Origin: Methanothrix sp.
Lineage (GTDB): Archaea > Halobacteriota > Methanosarcinia > Methanotrichales > Methanotrichaceae
Assembly (NCBI GenBank): GCA_037128175.1
Contig: JBAXWY010000001.1
Location: 64,001 to 128,000 of the forward strand
Reading direction: 5' to 3'
Length of the DNA stretch: 64,000 nucleotides
A program made the position numbers and the translations under genes. Shown one piece after another: positions 28,324-38,566 of this stretch. Each line of letters opens with the position of its first letter. The stretch's first letter is position 1. The notes beneath the pieces were generated by a model. That model made no database searches, was not told the DNA's origin, and worked only from the letters and a program-made list of their open reading frames with translations.

Positions 28324-29571
28324 ATGAAGATCAAACCCGCCCCGGCGGCCTCTCTTGTCATATCGGCGTTTTTATTCGTCTCCTCGCTAGCATGTCTTTT
28401 CCTTCAGCCGGACCTGGAAAAGCTGACGCCCCTTTGGCAGATCGGCCTTTTCGTAAGCCTTCTGCTGATTATTGCTTCCTATATGTTCTCGCGGGCCGTT
28501 TCCCTGAAGACTGCTCCCTTCTTAGCTCTGGACGTTCTCATCTGTTCCGCCATCCTCTCAATGATGTATTTCGGGACCCTTCATGCCGGATTTGTCATCC
28601 GCCGGCCACTTGGGGTGGGCGCATCCTTTGATTATTCATTCATTCTCTCTCTTCTGATACTTTTTGCCAGCATGCTGTGCATGAAGGACGCTTTTAATAT
28701 CATATACGGATACAGCGCCCGGGGTCGAGAGGCCCTGGTATTTCTGGCCGTCAGATTGTCTGCAGTGCTCTCGCTTCTGCTCTTAGGCGGGATACTCTTC
28801 ATAATAATCTACAAAGGAATTGGGATTATCAGCTGGGAGTTTTTGACCACGCCCCACAGGCGACTGGGCCAGGCGGGCGGGATCAGCACAGCCATATTGG
28901 GCTCTTTATGGATGGTTTTAGGTGCCATGATTGTCTCTTCTCCCCTGGGCATTGGTGCCGCCATCTATCTTCATGAATACTCCAAGAGCCAGAGGCTTAA
29001 CCGTCTCATCACCATTGCGGTAAGCTGCCTAAACGGCGTTCCTTCTGTGGTCTTCGGCCTCTTTGGTCTGGCCTTTCTAGTGACGTACTTCGGAGTATCT
29101 CTCTTATCCGGCTCCATAATTTTGGGGCTCATAAATATCCCCACCATAATCCTGACCTGCCAGGAGGCCTTAAAGAGCGTTCCTAACTCTCTGCGGGAGG
29201 GAAGCATGGCTTTGGGGGCTACCAAGTGGCAGACGATAAGCAAGGTAGTCTTGCCCACTGCCATGCCCGGCATACTCACAGGCGTGATCATGGGGGTGGC
29301 CAAGGCCTCAGGAGAGACGGCGCCCATCATGTGGACGGCAGTGACATATACCGCCACACCCGTGCAGATGATTTACGGAGTTATCCCCAATGTATTTCAG
29401 CCGGTCAATAACCTGGATTACCATCTCTTGAACCTGATCTACTTCCTGGGGGCATGGGATGTGGAGGCCAGGGCCTGGGGTACAGCTCTGGTGCTCATTG
29501 CCTTAGTGCTGGGCACCAATATGCTGGCCATAGTAGTAAGAAATCACTATCGAAAGAAGATTTCCTGGTAG
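28324..29571 (+). CDS. pstA: Phosphate ABC transporter permease PstA with N-terminal extra TM segments
   Basis: GVPSVVFGLFG, EALKSVP...EGSMALGATKWQT, GETAPI. Confidence 0.92.
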   Translation: MKIKPAPAASLVISAFLFVSSLACLFLQPDLEKLTPLWQIGLFVSLLLIIASYMFSRAVSLKTAPFLALDVLICSAILSMMYFGTLHAGFVIRRPLGVGASFDYSFILSLLILFASMLCMKDAFNIIYGYSARGREALVFLAVRLSAVLSLLLLGGILFIIIYKGIGIISWEFLTTPHRRLGQAGGISTAILGSLWMVLGAMIVSSPLGIGAAIYLHEYSKSQRLNRLITIAVSCLNGVPSVVFGLFGLAFLVTYFGVSLLSGSIILGLINIPTIILTCQEALKSVPNSLREGSMALGATKWQTISKVVLPTAMPGILTGVIMGVAKASGETAPIMWTAVTYTATPVQMIYGVIPNVFQPVNNLDYHLLNLIYFLGAWDVEARAWGTALVLIALVLGTNMLAIVVRNHYRKKISW

Positions 29572-29619
29572 GACGATCGGTTCACAGCAAAAGCCTCGTG
29601 TTGTGCATGTCCAATTAAC

Positions 29620-30075
29620 TCATTCGAATGTGTGAATTATCCATTCTCGTATCTCGTCTCTGACCCGCCGGAAGACCTTGAGCTGCTCTTCCTCCGAGCC
29701 ACCGGCTTGTGCAGGGTCCTCAAAGCTTTTGTGAATGACTTCTCTTGCTTTGGGAGATTTGGCTGGAAGCTCAAGTTGCGTGCTGAAGATCGGGCAGGCC
29801 TGTTTTGCTCTGTCGCAGACCGTGACTGCCAGGTCAAATATTGTATCATGAAATTCTTCGGCTGATTTGGAGTATTGACCAGAGATATCAATACCGATTT
29901 CCTTCATGACCAACACAGAGCGAGGATCGACGTAAGTGGCCGTTACGCCAGCGCTGTACACATCGTATCTTCCGCCATAAATAGCTCTCAAGAGTCCTTC
30001 CGCCATCTGCGAGCGAGCTGAGTTATGGGTGCAAAGAAAAAGAACTTCCTTCTTGCCCTGGGTTTTTATGCTCAT
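29620..30075 (-). CDS. arsC: Thioredoxin-coupled arsenate reductase (LMW-PTP fold)
   Basis: CTHNSARSQMAE, TVCDRAKQACP, FEDP. Confidence 0.9.
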   Translation of the reverse strand: MSIKTQGKKEVLFLCTHNSARSQMAEGLLRAIYGGRYDVYSAGVTATYVDPRSVLVMKEIGIDISGQYSKSAEEFHDTIFDLAVTVCDRAKQACPIFSTQLELPAKSPKAREVIHKSFEDPAQAGGSEEEQLKVFRRVRDEIREWIIHTFE

Positions 30076-30312
30076 TATCATCCTGCCTTTATGCGCATAA
30101 TTAATCAGCATTTTGGTCGCTCTTGTATACAGGAGCAGGATAACAGGACGCTACTACGATACACTAAGTTACCGAATATATGTTGTATTTACTCTATTGT
30201 TTTTTAAACCTGGTATGAGATCTATTGCGTTTATATATTCTATTTTGAAAAGATTTCTCAACAAGGTCGAATAATTAGGCTTCTGTGATATGTCTAGTCT
30301 AAGTCTAATGAG

Positions 30313-30576
30313 GTGAAGTTATTGGCGATAGGAATTACCATGCTTAAGGTCTTGCCGGGAATGGAGCACAGAGTCTACCATGCTTTAAGGTGCAAAGATG
30401 GCATTTTGTACATATGCGCAGTTTTTGGCGAGTACGATTTCATGCTAGTGTTGCAGGCAGAGGGCTTGAATGAACTCAGAGGTCTGATCGGCGGCATCGA
30501 TGATACCAAGGATGTTATCGCGACTCAGATGATACTGGTGAACAATCAAAATGAGATGCTTGCCCAGGCGTGCTGA
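30313..30576 (+). CDS. Lrp/AsnC ligand-binding domain protein
   Basis: VFGEYDFML RAM-domain motif, 87 aa. Confidence 0.75.
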   Translation: MKLLAIGITMLKVLPGMEHRVYHALRCKDGILYICAVFGEYDFMLVLQAEGLNELRGLIGGIDDTKDVIATQMILVNNQNEMLAQAC

Positions 30577-30606
30577 AGAATGCATGCCGAATAGTAGGTG
30601 TGTTTC

Positions 30607-31314
30607 ATGATTGAATACGGGAATATCAAACGGAATAAGGGCTCCCCTCTGCAAGCAGATTTAAGCTACGAAATGAGATTTGTGGATGAAAGCAATCTCG
30701 ATGAGATGATGGATTTACAGGAAATTGTGATTCATCATCTTGCCGATAAGGAGATATTCAGATCGCATTCTGCCGATTACTTCCAAGAACATCTGCAGAT
30801 GGAAAAATCGGCAGTAGGCGTCTTTTGCCAAGATGGACTAATCGCCTACAATATACTCTCTTTTCCAGGAGAGGGCAAAGACAATTTTGGCCTCGACATA
30901 AACCTTCCCAAAGACGATCTGGCAAATGTTGTCCATCTGGCAACAATCGCCGTTCATCCCGATTTTCGAGGCAACTCGCTGCAGAGCAAGATGCAGAATG
31001 CTCACCTAAAAATGATAGCAAATTTAGGGTATAATCATGTCTGTTGCATGGTATCGCCCAAGAACCGGCCCAGCCTTCAGAATATCCTCTCGCAGGGCCT
31101 GATCATAAAAGCCTTGAAGATCAAGTTTGAATGGCGTTTGAGATATATCATGCATAAGAATCTCTTAAACCCATGCTTAATTGGTCCTGATGTGGTTAGG
31201 ATGGATAGCAAAGATATTCCTGGTCAAATCAATCTACTTAATCGAGGATTTCAGGGATTTCATTTGTCGAAGCTTTCGGACAGCTTTGAGATACACTATG
31301 CAAAGCCCACCTGA
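30607..31314 (+). CDS. GNAT family acetyltransferase
   Basis: AVHPDFRGNSLQ motif A, VSPKNRPS. Confidence 0.85.
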   Translation: MIEYGNIKRNKGSPLQADLSYEMRFVDESNLDEMMDLQEIVIHHLADKEIFRSHSADYFQEHLQMEKSAVGVFCQDGLIAYNILSFPGEGKDNFGLDINLPKDDLANVVHLATIAVHPDFRGNSLQSKMQNAHLKMIANLGYNHVCCMVSPKNRPSLQNILSQGLIIKALKIKFEWRLRYIMHKNLLNPCLIGPDVVRMDSKDIPGQINLLNRGFQGFHLSKLSDSFEIHYAKPT

Positions 31315-31770
31315 ATCCGGCTTCTTTTTCATATAAACGAAATCAACAACCTCGAATTTTTTAATATCAATGGTGCAAGCATAATATTAATAGATTTATC
31401 TAGGTGTCAAATTAGTATTATCGCGGCCTATCTATCAAAAATCCATCCTTTACATCTCAAAATTAATGTGCGACCCATACCACTATTGTCTTCATCTAAT
31501 GTATTTGCAAAAAGATTATTGAGTATCCGTTCGTTAGATGTAGTGGGGCGTTACAGGGCCCCAAGAGCACCCCATATTTCACCGTCTGTGCGAACCTAGG
31601 TAAGCTCCTGCATGGAGGATAACAAAGGCGGCGCAGGGGGTGCATTCTCGGCTGGCAGATTGCACCCGAGCTAAAGCTCTACGTCAGGATACCTGGCTTT
31701 TTACCTCTCGGGCCCTGCCAGCATCCTCAATAACTGCTAGATCAAAACACAAGCCCTATTTTGCTATATT

Positions 31771-32763
31771 TCAGTTCTCTAAAACTGCATTATGCAAGTT
31801 TATCGACAGCTCTGCGATATTTATTATGAGGTCAAGCATGCGTTCCATGCTGCCGGCCAGCACCAGTCTGATCGGCATCTCGTCATCGTCTCTCTCCCAG
31901 AAAGAGCTGGTCATAATCATTGATTGCTTCTTTATCTCCTTAGTTTTATCAATAAGCTGGTTGGCCTTCTCTGTGTCCGGTTTGAGAAGCACGGATATGG
32001 AATCATCAATTAAGGTGGTGAAGGTAGAGCTCAGCCTGGCGATCTCATCGGTCATCTCTCTAGGAAGCTCGTTATCATTCTGGGAGGATATCTCGGCGAT
32101 CTTTGAGGCATGATCTGCCATACGCTCCAGGTTTGTGGCCGCTTGCATGTAATTAAAGGCGCTGATGGGGCAGAGTGTCTCCTGCTTTAGGGATCCTGAT
32201 CTAAGGATATCTATGAATTGACGGGCTATAAGCAGATTAAGACGATCCACGTCATTATCTCTTTGAATGACGTCCATTGCTAGATCTTTATTCCTTTTTA
32301 GAAGGGAGGATAGAGCGTCCTGGATCATGGACCGGGTAATATTCTTCATTCTTTTCAGGGCGCGATCAGCCGGTAGTTCTTCCGCGCTGAGAAGGTCATG
32401 TATAACCACTTTATTGATAGTCTCTTCCAGGATCTCCGGTCCGATGAGTTTGTTTACGATCGAGTGCAGATCTCTTTTTTGCATTGCTGTCAGTTGATGA
32501 GACGATATCTCGACCGTCTTGTAACCTGCAAGATAGCAGGCTATCACATCTCGAATCAACGGCGCTCCGTATTTGTTTCCGATGTCAAGCTTGACTATCT
32601 GGTCCGGCTCAGATCTATCACTGGATAGTAATAGGTCACCATTTTGGTTTTGCGAAATAAATAATAAAGAACCGCTGACGATTGCGTTTTCGTTTGCCCA
32701 TTTTTTGGGAAGGGAAACAATCAACGTTGACTTTCCCGTCTTCTGCACTTTTCTCGTTTCCAT
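31771..32763 (-). CDS. phoU: Archaeal phosphate uptake regulator (AbrB-like N-terminus + PhoU repeats)
   Basis: METRKVQKTGKSTLIVSLPKKWA; DNDVDRL, LERMADHA. Confidence 0.93.
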   Translation of the reverse strand: METRKVQKTGKSTLIVSLPKKWANENAIVSGSLLFISQNQNGDLLLSSDRSEPDQIVKLDIGNKYGAPLIRDVIACYLAGYKTVEISSHQLTAMQKRDLHSIVNKLIGPEILEETINKVVIHDLLSAEELPADRALKRMKNITRSMIQDALSSLLKRNKDLAMDVIQRDNDVDRLNLLIARQFIDILRSGSLKQETLCPISAFNYMQAATNLERMADHASKIAEISSQNDNELPREMTDEIARLSSTFTTLIDDSISVLLKPDTEKANQLIDKTKEIKKQSMIMTSSFWERDDDEMPIRLVLAGSMERMLDLIINIAELSINLHNAVLEN

Positions 32764-33009
32764 ATTTATTTTTAATTTTATAGACGATGGGATATTCCTT
32801 GCATATAAAGATGATATAGTATGAGCATAGAAAATATTATTATTACTACTATATATCTAACTATGTTTATCTTTGTCTCCTTATCCATTGCGTTTAGGAT
32901 AGTACAAACGACTTATATATTTTTCCTATATAATATGAATACTACGCTTATCTCTATTGAATCTATATAGGTTGAATTGAGTGCCGCAATACAATGATTC
33001 ATCCCTAAT

Positions 33010-33999
33010 TCAATGAGTGTGAATGCCGAGCATCTGCTCTATTTCAGAGAGCCGGGAGCTTTCCCTTCTTATGTAAAGCGCGGCAGGCAGTCCTGAGTTG
33101 GCTATTTTGTACGTAGCTGCAAGAGCGGCACGATATACTCGGGGAAAATCTCTAAGCGAATTGCCAGCAAGGATGGCTATAAACTTGTCCAGATGGCTTA
33201 TTCCGGTGGAGATCTTCTTGCTTTTCAGGATCATATCCTGGCTGGATATCAGATCTAACCAAATGTTCATCTCCTGCATGAGGTCCTGCTTCGTCAGATC
33301 TCTTACGACAATGTATGATTTTCCCTGGCAGATATTGTTGTAGAATTCTCTAAAGGTTTTTCCTCTGGAAAGAGTATACGCCTGTCCTATCCTTCCTGAA
33401 TGAGTATCTGTGGACGCGATCAGTCCTTTTCCATACCTTCTGGCTAATTCCATAATCATCTCGTTTTTTCTCCTGACGCGATGCATATTGTATTCTATGG
33501 CTGGAAAGAGCTTGATCAGATCCGGTATGACGGCTAGATTGGGTCTTTCTCCCGGCTCGAACCAGAGGGGATGGTTATAAACGAAGGGCAGTTTTTCTTT
33601 TCTGAGGAAATACAGGAAGCTGTGCAGGTCTCCCACCGCGGCAATCTCTTCAAGTTTTTGAAACTGCTTATTGCCCAGGTCATAAACATTGATATGAATG
33701 GTATGTCCAACGGATTTCATATCCTTGATTTTTATCTCTACGCCTCTGATCAGACCTTCCATCTCGGGGCTCAAGATGTCGTATGCTGCCATAGTATCGT
33801 GATCAGTAAACGTCACATAGTCCATTCCATTCTCTTTTGCCGTCTGATATAATCTCTCTGGGTGCAAAGACCTAACCGAAATCACGTCCGGGGAGAAAAG
33901 GGTATGCACATGGAGATCTGCGGCCTGCCAACCATGTTTCCGAAAGACTTCTGCATCCCTCGCTGAGAGGATCTTTGTAGCTGCATTATTATCTTTCAT
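33010..33999 (-). CDS. PHP-domain metal-dependent phosphoesterase
   Basis: DLHVHT, FTDHD, NHP, STDTH. Confidence 0.85.
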   Translation of the reverse strand: MKDNNAATKILSARDAEVFRKHGWQAADLHVHTLFSPDVISVRSLHPERLYQTAKENGMDYVTFTDHDTMAAYDILSPEMEGLIRGVEIKIKDMKSVGHTIHINVYDLGNKQFQKLEEIAAVGDLHSFLYFLRKEKLPFVYNHPLWFEPGERPNLAVIPDLIKLFPAIEYNMHRVRRKNEMIMELARRYGKGLIASTDTHSGRIGQAYTLSRGKTFREFYNNICQGKSYIVVRDLTKQDLMQEMNIWLDLISSQDMILKSKKISTGISHLDKFIAILAGNSLRDFPRVYRAALAATYKIANSGLPAALYIRRESSRLSEIEQMLGIHTH

Positions 34000-34238
34000 C
34001 AGGGGAAATGATCACCATATCAATCATATGTTTTGTGCATTTAAACTATATAGCATATATCACTTATTCCTTGTATTGGTTTTTGACCGACTCATTTTAA
34101 AAGGAAAAAATTTTGGCGAATCATGCGGTAATACGTGTGCTGGGAGGAAAATCTGATCCCAGGCCGTCATGTATCAGAGCTTAACCATGAGTTAGGCAAG
34201 GGAAACCCAGGTTTAATCATTATAATATTATATATTCA

Positions 34239-34727
34239 TTAGCAAGAAGCTAAACCCTTTTGCTTCCTCTCTGCAAAGTCTTCCATTACCTGATTGAGCA
34301 GGGCGCGAATTTTTGGCACCTCATCATTTTTGAGGTCGCGAAGCATCAGCGGCAAGGCAAACATCACCGCAACATCCAGTTGTATCAGGTTGATTGGATT
34401 ACAATTGTGCAGCGCCATTTGGGCATTTTTTCGGACGGCTGCAATGCAGCTACCCATTGTCTTTATCTCTTCTTGGCCTTCCTCTGATGTCTTGCCGTTG
34501 CCGTTCATCTCCCAGGCGCTCACCACGGAAGTGATCAAATTGGCCTTTAGGTCCTCCGCGATATTTACCATCTTCAATAGATCCAAGATCAAGCCCAGTT
34601 TGAGGGATCTAATTTCGCCTATCCTGGTTACCAGCCCCTTTCGCTCCAAAATTGCCTCGTAGTATCCCAGAAGGCCAAGCAGACACTCGCCTTTTCGAGA
34701 ATCCTCACAGCCGATAACTTCAAACAT
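34239..34727 (-). CDS. Hypothetical protein
   Basis: ORF with GGAGG RBS; no recognised motif. Confidence 0.6.
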   Translation of the reverse strand: MFEVIGCEDSRKGECLLGLLGYYEAILERKGLVTRIGEIRSLKLGLILDLLKMVNIAEDLKANLITSVVSAWEMNGNGKTSEEGQEEIKTMGSCIAAVRKNAQMALHNCNPINLIQLDVAVMFALPLMLRDLKNDEVPKIRALLNQVMEDFAERKQKGLASC

Positions 34728-35112
34728 CCTTTTTCCTCCCATTTTCAAAAATAGACATTACAGATGAACTCTTGAGCCCTCTTTGAGGTCGAGAAATTAT
34801 AGGCGATCTAAATTCATTGCCCTTTCCCAGAGATAAAGCGGTTAACACCATTTCATATCATTTGAATTCGTCCATATATTCCTTCTCCTATTAAAATATA
34901 TACCTCTATTTTGTGAATATATTCTATATACAATTATCTGGAAAATATACACTGCACCTGCGGCCACCTTATCCACTCGTCTCATCCGGTTTAGACATAT
35001 TTTAAAAAAACTATTATTGATTGATGCCGGCGATGTTCTCGATGGAGGTAGAGTGACACCCCCAGCATCAATGGACCGTTTTCATAATTGCAAAAAATTT
35101 GATAGTTACTTC

Positions 35113-36144
35113 TCAGTAGACTCTCGGGAACTGGGCTTGATTCGGTGCCTTGAAGCAGGTGCAGTCGAAGATGCCCTTCACAGATTTGAGTTTCGCGTCT
35201 CCAATATAGCTCGCAGGCATGGTAAGGTAGCCTCCTGAGCAGCAAGGTAGCCAGTCGTCACTTGACGTCTTCTTATAATAGGGCACCTCGATGGTCATGT
35301 TCTTCTCGATGTGGGAGGTTCCCCAGTAGTCCTCATCGATCTCAATGGAGGGGTTCTTCCAGGCACTGCTGAGGATACCAGACCCCAATCCCTTTAATGA
35401 AGAGAAGTCTGATAAGGGCATCTTCCCGTCTTTGGCGAGTTTTCCTGCGTAGTCCGTATTGGATTGCAGGACGCCGATGTGTGTTTTGCCGTCCGTCACA
35501 TCTTCATTGATCTTCATCTCGGTAAAGCCCACGCCTTCCCAAACGGGATCGTAAGTATAGTTAAATTTCTCTTTGCCAACGATTTCCAATTCCTTATCAA
35601 GGGCATGAGCATACTCGACTTCGTGATGCATGCTTGTGCCGGCGCGATAGTTCTTCACCCAAGTCTTCTCTTTCAGCAGGGAATTGTAATCCAGCGGATT
35701 TGCGGCATAATAGCCAGTTCCGACGGCTATTTTCATGGGTGCATATACCATGGAGACATCTTCCTTGAATTGGATGCAGTTCTGAGTGAAATCGTTGTAA
35801 TCAGTGTATAGCGGATGATTTTGCTTATTCAATTGTTGATAGGTCAGAGTGGACTCGCTGTTTAAGGAGCCGCTGCCATGAGCATAATTCTTGACTTCGA
35901 CATTACCAGACTTAGCATACAGGTAGGTCATGGAATAACCATTACTTTGCACACTCTGCTCAAAGTTGAATGTTATATTCTTCTCTTCGTAAGATCCTGG
36001 ACCAACTAAAGAGCCTGTGGTGGCCGCCATTGAACCGCCAATGAGCGCTATCAGTATAAGAGCAAATGACAATGCTAGCACAGATCTTTCTGGACCAATC
36101 CGCTCACAATAAGCAGAAAGTTTTTCGCAGATCCCTTTTATCAT
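35113..36144 (-). CDS. Secreted hypothetical protein with Cys-containing C-terminus
   Basis: N-terminal hydrophobic segment; WLPCCSGG...FDCTCF tail. Confidence 0.75.
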   Translation of the reverse strand: MIKGICEKLSAYCERIGPERSVLALSFALILIALIGGSMAATTGSLVGPGSYEEKNITFNFEQSVQSNGYSMTYLYAKSGNVEVKNYAHGSGSLNSESTLTYQQLNKQNHPLYTDYNDFTQNCIQFKEDVSMVYAPMKIAVGTGYYAANPLDYNSLLKEKTWVKNYRAGTSMHHEVEYAHALDKELEIVGKEKFNYTYDPVWEGVGFTEMKINEDVTDGKTHIGVLQSNTDYAGKLAKDGKMPLSDFSSLKGLGSGILSSAWKNPSIEIDEDYWGTSHIEKNMTIEVPYYKKTSSDDWLPCCSGGYLTMPASYIGDAKLKSVKGIFDCTCFKAPNQAQFPRVY

Positions 36145-36369
36145 CCTACATCACCTCAATCCTTAACTGATCCCTGCCGCTGGGTTTTATGAGATAAATA
36201 GGCTGTCTTTATAGAAAACGTAAGATATATTCTGCCACATTCAATTGATATTGTATGCAATAGCATTTCGAATATGAGAATCGATTACCGGAATAGAGAT
36301 CTATTTTCCAGGTATTTTTATTGTGACCGTTTGATTGGGTCGTATTACTATATTCTTTATTTTTAAAGC

Positions 36370-36511
36370 AATACCCCGATGCTTGCATCGGGGATAAAGG
36401 GCATGCTTATTCAGCTTAGGTTTGGATCAGCTTAACCTGGTTCCACCTTCATGCGGCGGCGCCTTGGATGCCCCGCAGCTTGCTGCGCGGGTGCGCCGCC
36501 GCCGTTTCACT
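36370..36511 (+). mobile_element. ~145-bp hairpin-ended non-autonomous element, copy 1
   Basis: Hairpins CCCCGATGCTTGCATCGGGG and CCCCGCAGCTTGCTGCG; closely similar to the reverse complement of 55211-55357. Confidence 0.7.
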
Positions 36512-36559
36512 TTGACAAAATTTACATATCTTGCTATGTCAGGTCGCTGCGGTGAGAAT

Positions 36560-37381
36560 ATGAGAAGACTTGCGACCATATTGCTTATTGCCCTATTTGT
36601 TGGGTCGTTTGCTACAGCGTTAGCAGCAGAGAAGGTGACAGTCACCGGATCGACGACTGTATTGCCTCTTGCAGAGCTAGAAGCTGAATCATTTAATGGT
36701 CAACAGACCGATTGTCAGATAACGGTTACTGGCGGCGGCACGGGTGCGGGCATAACTGCAGCCGGTGAAGGCCGATCAGATATCGCCATGGCTTCCAGAG
36801 AGATCAAAGACACGGAGAGGAGCAAATATAGCAAAAACAATTTCCAGCAATTCTTCATCGGCTATGATGGTATCTGTATCATTGTAAGCAAACCCATCTA
36901 TGATGCCGGTGTCAAGGCCATAACCAAGGACCAGCTCAAGAACATCTATGCAGGAAAGATCACAAATTGGAAGGAATTGAAGGGGCCTGATGCGGAGATC
37001 TATGCGATTGCCAGAGAGGATGGCTCCGGAACCAGGGACACTTTCAATGAGCTGATTATGGGTTCTACGACCGCTGAGACGCCTGGGGTAAAGACTGTCG
37101 GCCAGGGTAGTGCTGAAGTTAAGACAGCAGTAACTGGCAGCGATAAGGCAATCGGCTATGTCGGCTTTAGCTACGCAGAGAGTGGAGATGTGGGTGTATT
37201 GACATATGAGAGCGTTAATCCAAATGTAGCTAACATAAAGAGCGGCTCTTATCCCCTGGCCCGTCACCTTTACTTCTACACCTGGGGGCAGCCCACACCC
37301 TGTGCCCAAAAGTTCATTGATTTCGTGCTCAGTTCCGCGGGACAGAAAATTGCGGATGAAAATGGATTCATACCGATCTGA
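36560..37381 (+). CDS. pstS: Phosphate-binding protein PstS, copy 1
   Basis: Signal peptide; GSTT, GGGTGAG, MASR, REDGSGTR. Confidence 0.93.
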   Translation: MRRLATILLIALFVGSFATALAAEKVTVTGSTTVLPLAELEAESFNGQQTDCQITVTGGGTGAGITAAGEGRSDIAMASREIKDTERSKYSKNNFQQFFIGYDGICIIVSKPIYDAGVKAITKDQLKNIYAGKITNWKELKGPDAEIYAIAREDGSGTRDTFNELIMGSTTAETPGVKTVGQGSAEVKTAVTGSDKAIGYVGFSYAESGDVGVLTYESVNPNVANIKSGSYPLARHLYFYTWGQPTPCAQKFIDFVLSSAGQKIADENGFIPI

Positions 37382-37544
37382 GTGATTCTCAGGTCTTTCC
37401 CTTCTCTTTTCCTTGGGGGAGTTGTCCTTTAAGCATATATTCTATATAGTATCGTGGCCTGTAATGTAGATAATAGGTGATATATATTTTATATTGGTTA
37501 ACTTTACATATCATTCCCGCTTCCCTGTCTCTGGTGAAATCTCA

Positions 37545-38369
37545 GTGAGAAAGTTATTTAGTGCTCTAATAATCGCCTTGATCGTGGGCGCAATCGGCAC
37601 CTCTATGGTCATGGCCAAGGAGACGGTTCGTGTCTCTGGATCGACGACGGTATTGCCTCTGGCGGAAGCCGGAGCTGAGGCCTTCAATGGTGAGCAGTCC
37701 GACTACCAGGCACTGGTGACCGGGGGCGGTACCGGAGTGGGCATCAAGAATGTTGCCGAGGGCAACTCCGAGATAGGAATGGCTTCGCGCGAGGTTACTC
37801 CAGATGAGAAGAGTAATTTCGGCGACAAGTTCAAGGAAAACATGGTAGGCTATGACGGCATAGTCATTGCTGTGAGCAAGCAGATCTATGATGCCGGTGT
37901 GACTGCCCTGACCAAGGACCAGGTCAAGAAGATCTACTCAGGGGAGACTACCAACTGGAAAGATCTGGGCGGCCCGGATTCGGAAATACTGGTTGTTGCC
38001 AGGGAGCAGGGCTCCGGCACCAGAGACACCTTCAACGAAGATATCATGAATGACAAGAAAGCCGAGACACCCGGCGTGAACACCGTCGCAGGCAGCAATG
38101 CCGAGATCAGGACGGCCCTTACCGGCAGCGATAAGGCCATAGGGTACCTGGGATTCAGCTATGCAGAGGATGGAGCAGTTGGAGCCATAACTCTGGACGG
38201 CGTGAAGGCAACCCCCGAGACCATCAAGGATGGAAGCTACGAGCTTGCTCGCAAGTTGTACTTCTACACCTTTGGTGATGCCAAGCCTGGCGCGCAGGCC
38301 TTTATAGATTTCATGATGGGGGCCGCAGGTCAGAAGGTAGCGGTGGAGTACGGGTTCGTACCAATATAA
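37545..38369 (+). CDS. pstS: Phosphate-binding protein PstS, copy 2
   Basis: GSTT, GGGTGVG, MASR, REQGSGTR. Confidence 0.93.
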   Translation: MRKLFSALIIALIVGAIGTSMVMAKETVRVSGSTTVLPLAEAGAEAFNGEQSDYQALVTGGGTGVGIKNVAEGNSEIGMASREVTPDEKSNFGDKFKENMVGYDGIVIAVSKQIYDAGVTALTKDQVKKIYSGETTNWKDLGGPDSEILVVAREQGSGTRDTFNEDIMNDKKAETPGVNTVAGSNAEIRTALTGSDKAIGYLGFSYAEDGAVGAITLDGVKATPETIKDGSYELARKLYFYTFGDAKPGAQAFIDFMMGAAGQKVAVEYGFVPI

Positions 38370-38384
38370 AATCATCTCTTAATC

Positions 38385-38402
38385 TCCTTTTTTTTCTTTT
38401 TT
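38385..38402 (+). terminator. Oligo-T terminator after pstS2
   Basis: Long T-rich run immediately after the stop codon. Confidence 0.5.
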
Positions 38403-38566
38403 CCTAACTCCTGATATTGAGACTTTCCTTTCTTGTTTTGCCACTAAAAATGTGCATCGATGGCCATTGCATGAGCAAGGCGCATAGTATCCCGAAAGAT
38501 ATTTATATTAACCTATTACTATTAACATTATATACTCAAAATATTTCTGTTTGCGGGATGGATTAG

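Noticed and set aside
36422-36559. Long N-terminal extension of PstS1 in the ORF track
   Set aside because: It is read-through across the inserted hairpin element; the real start with signal peptide is at 36560
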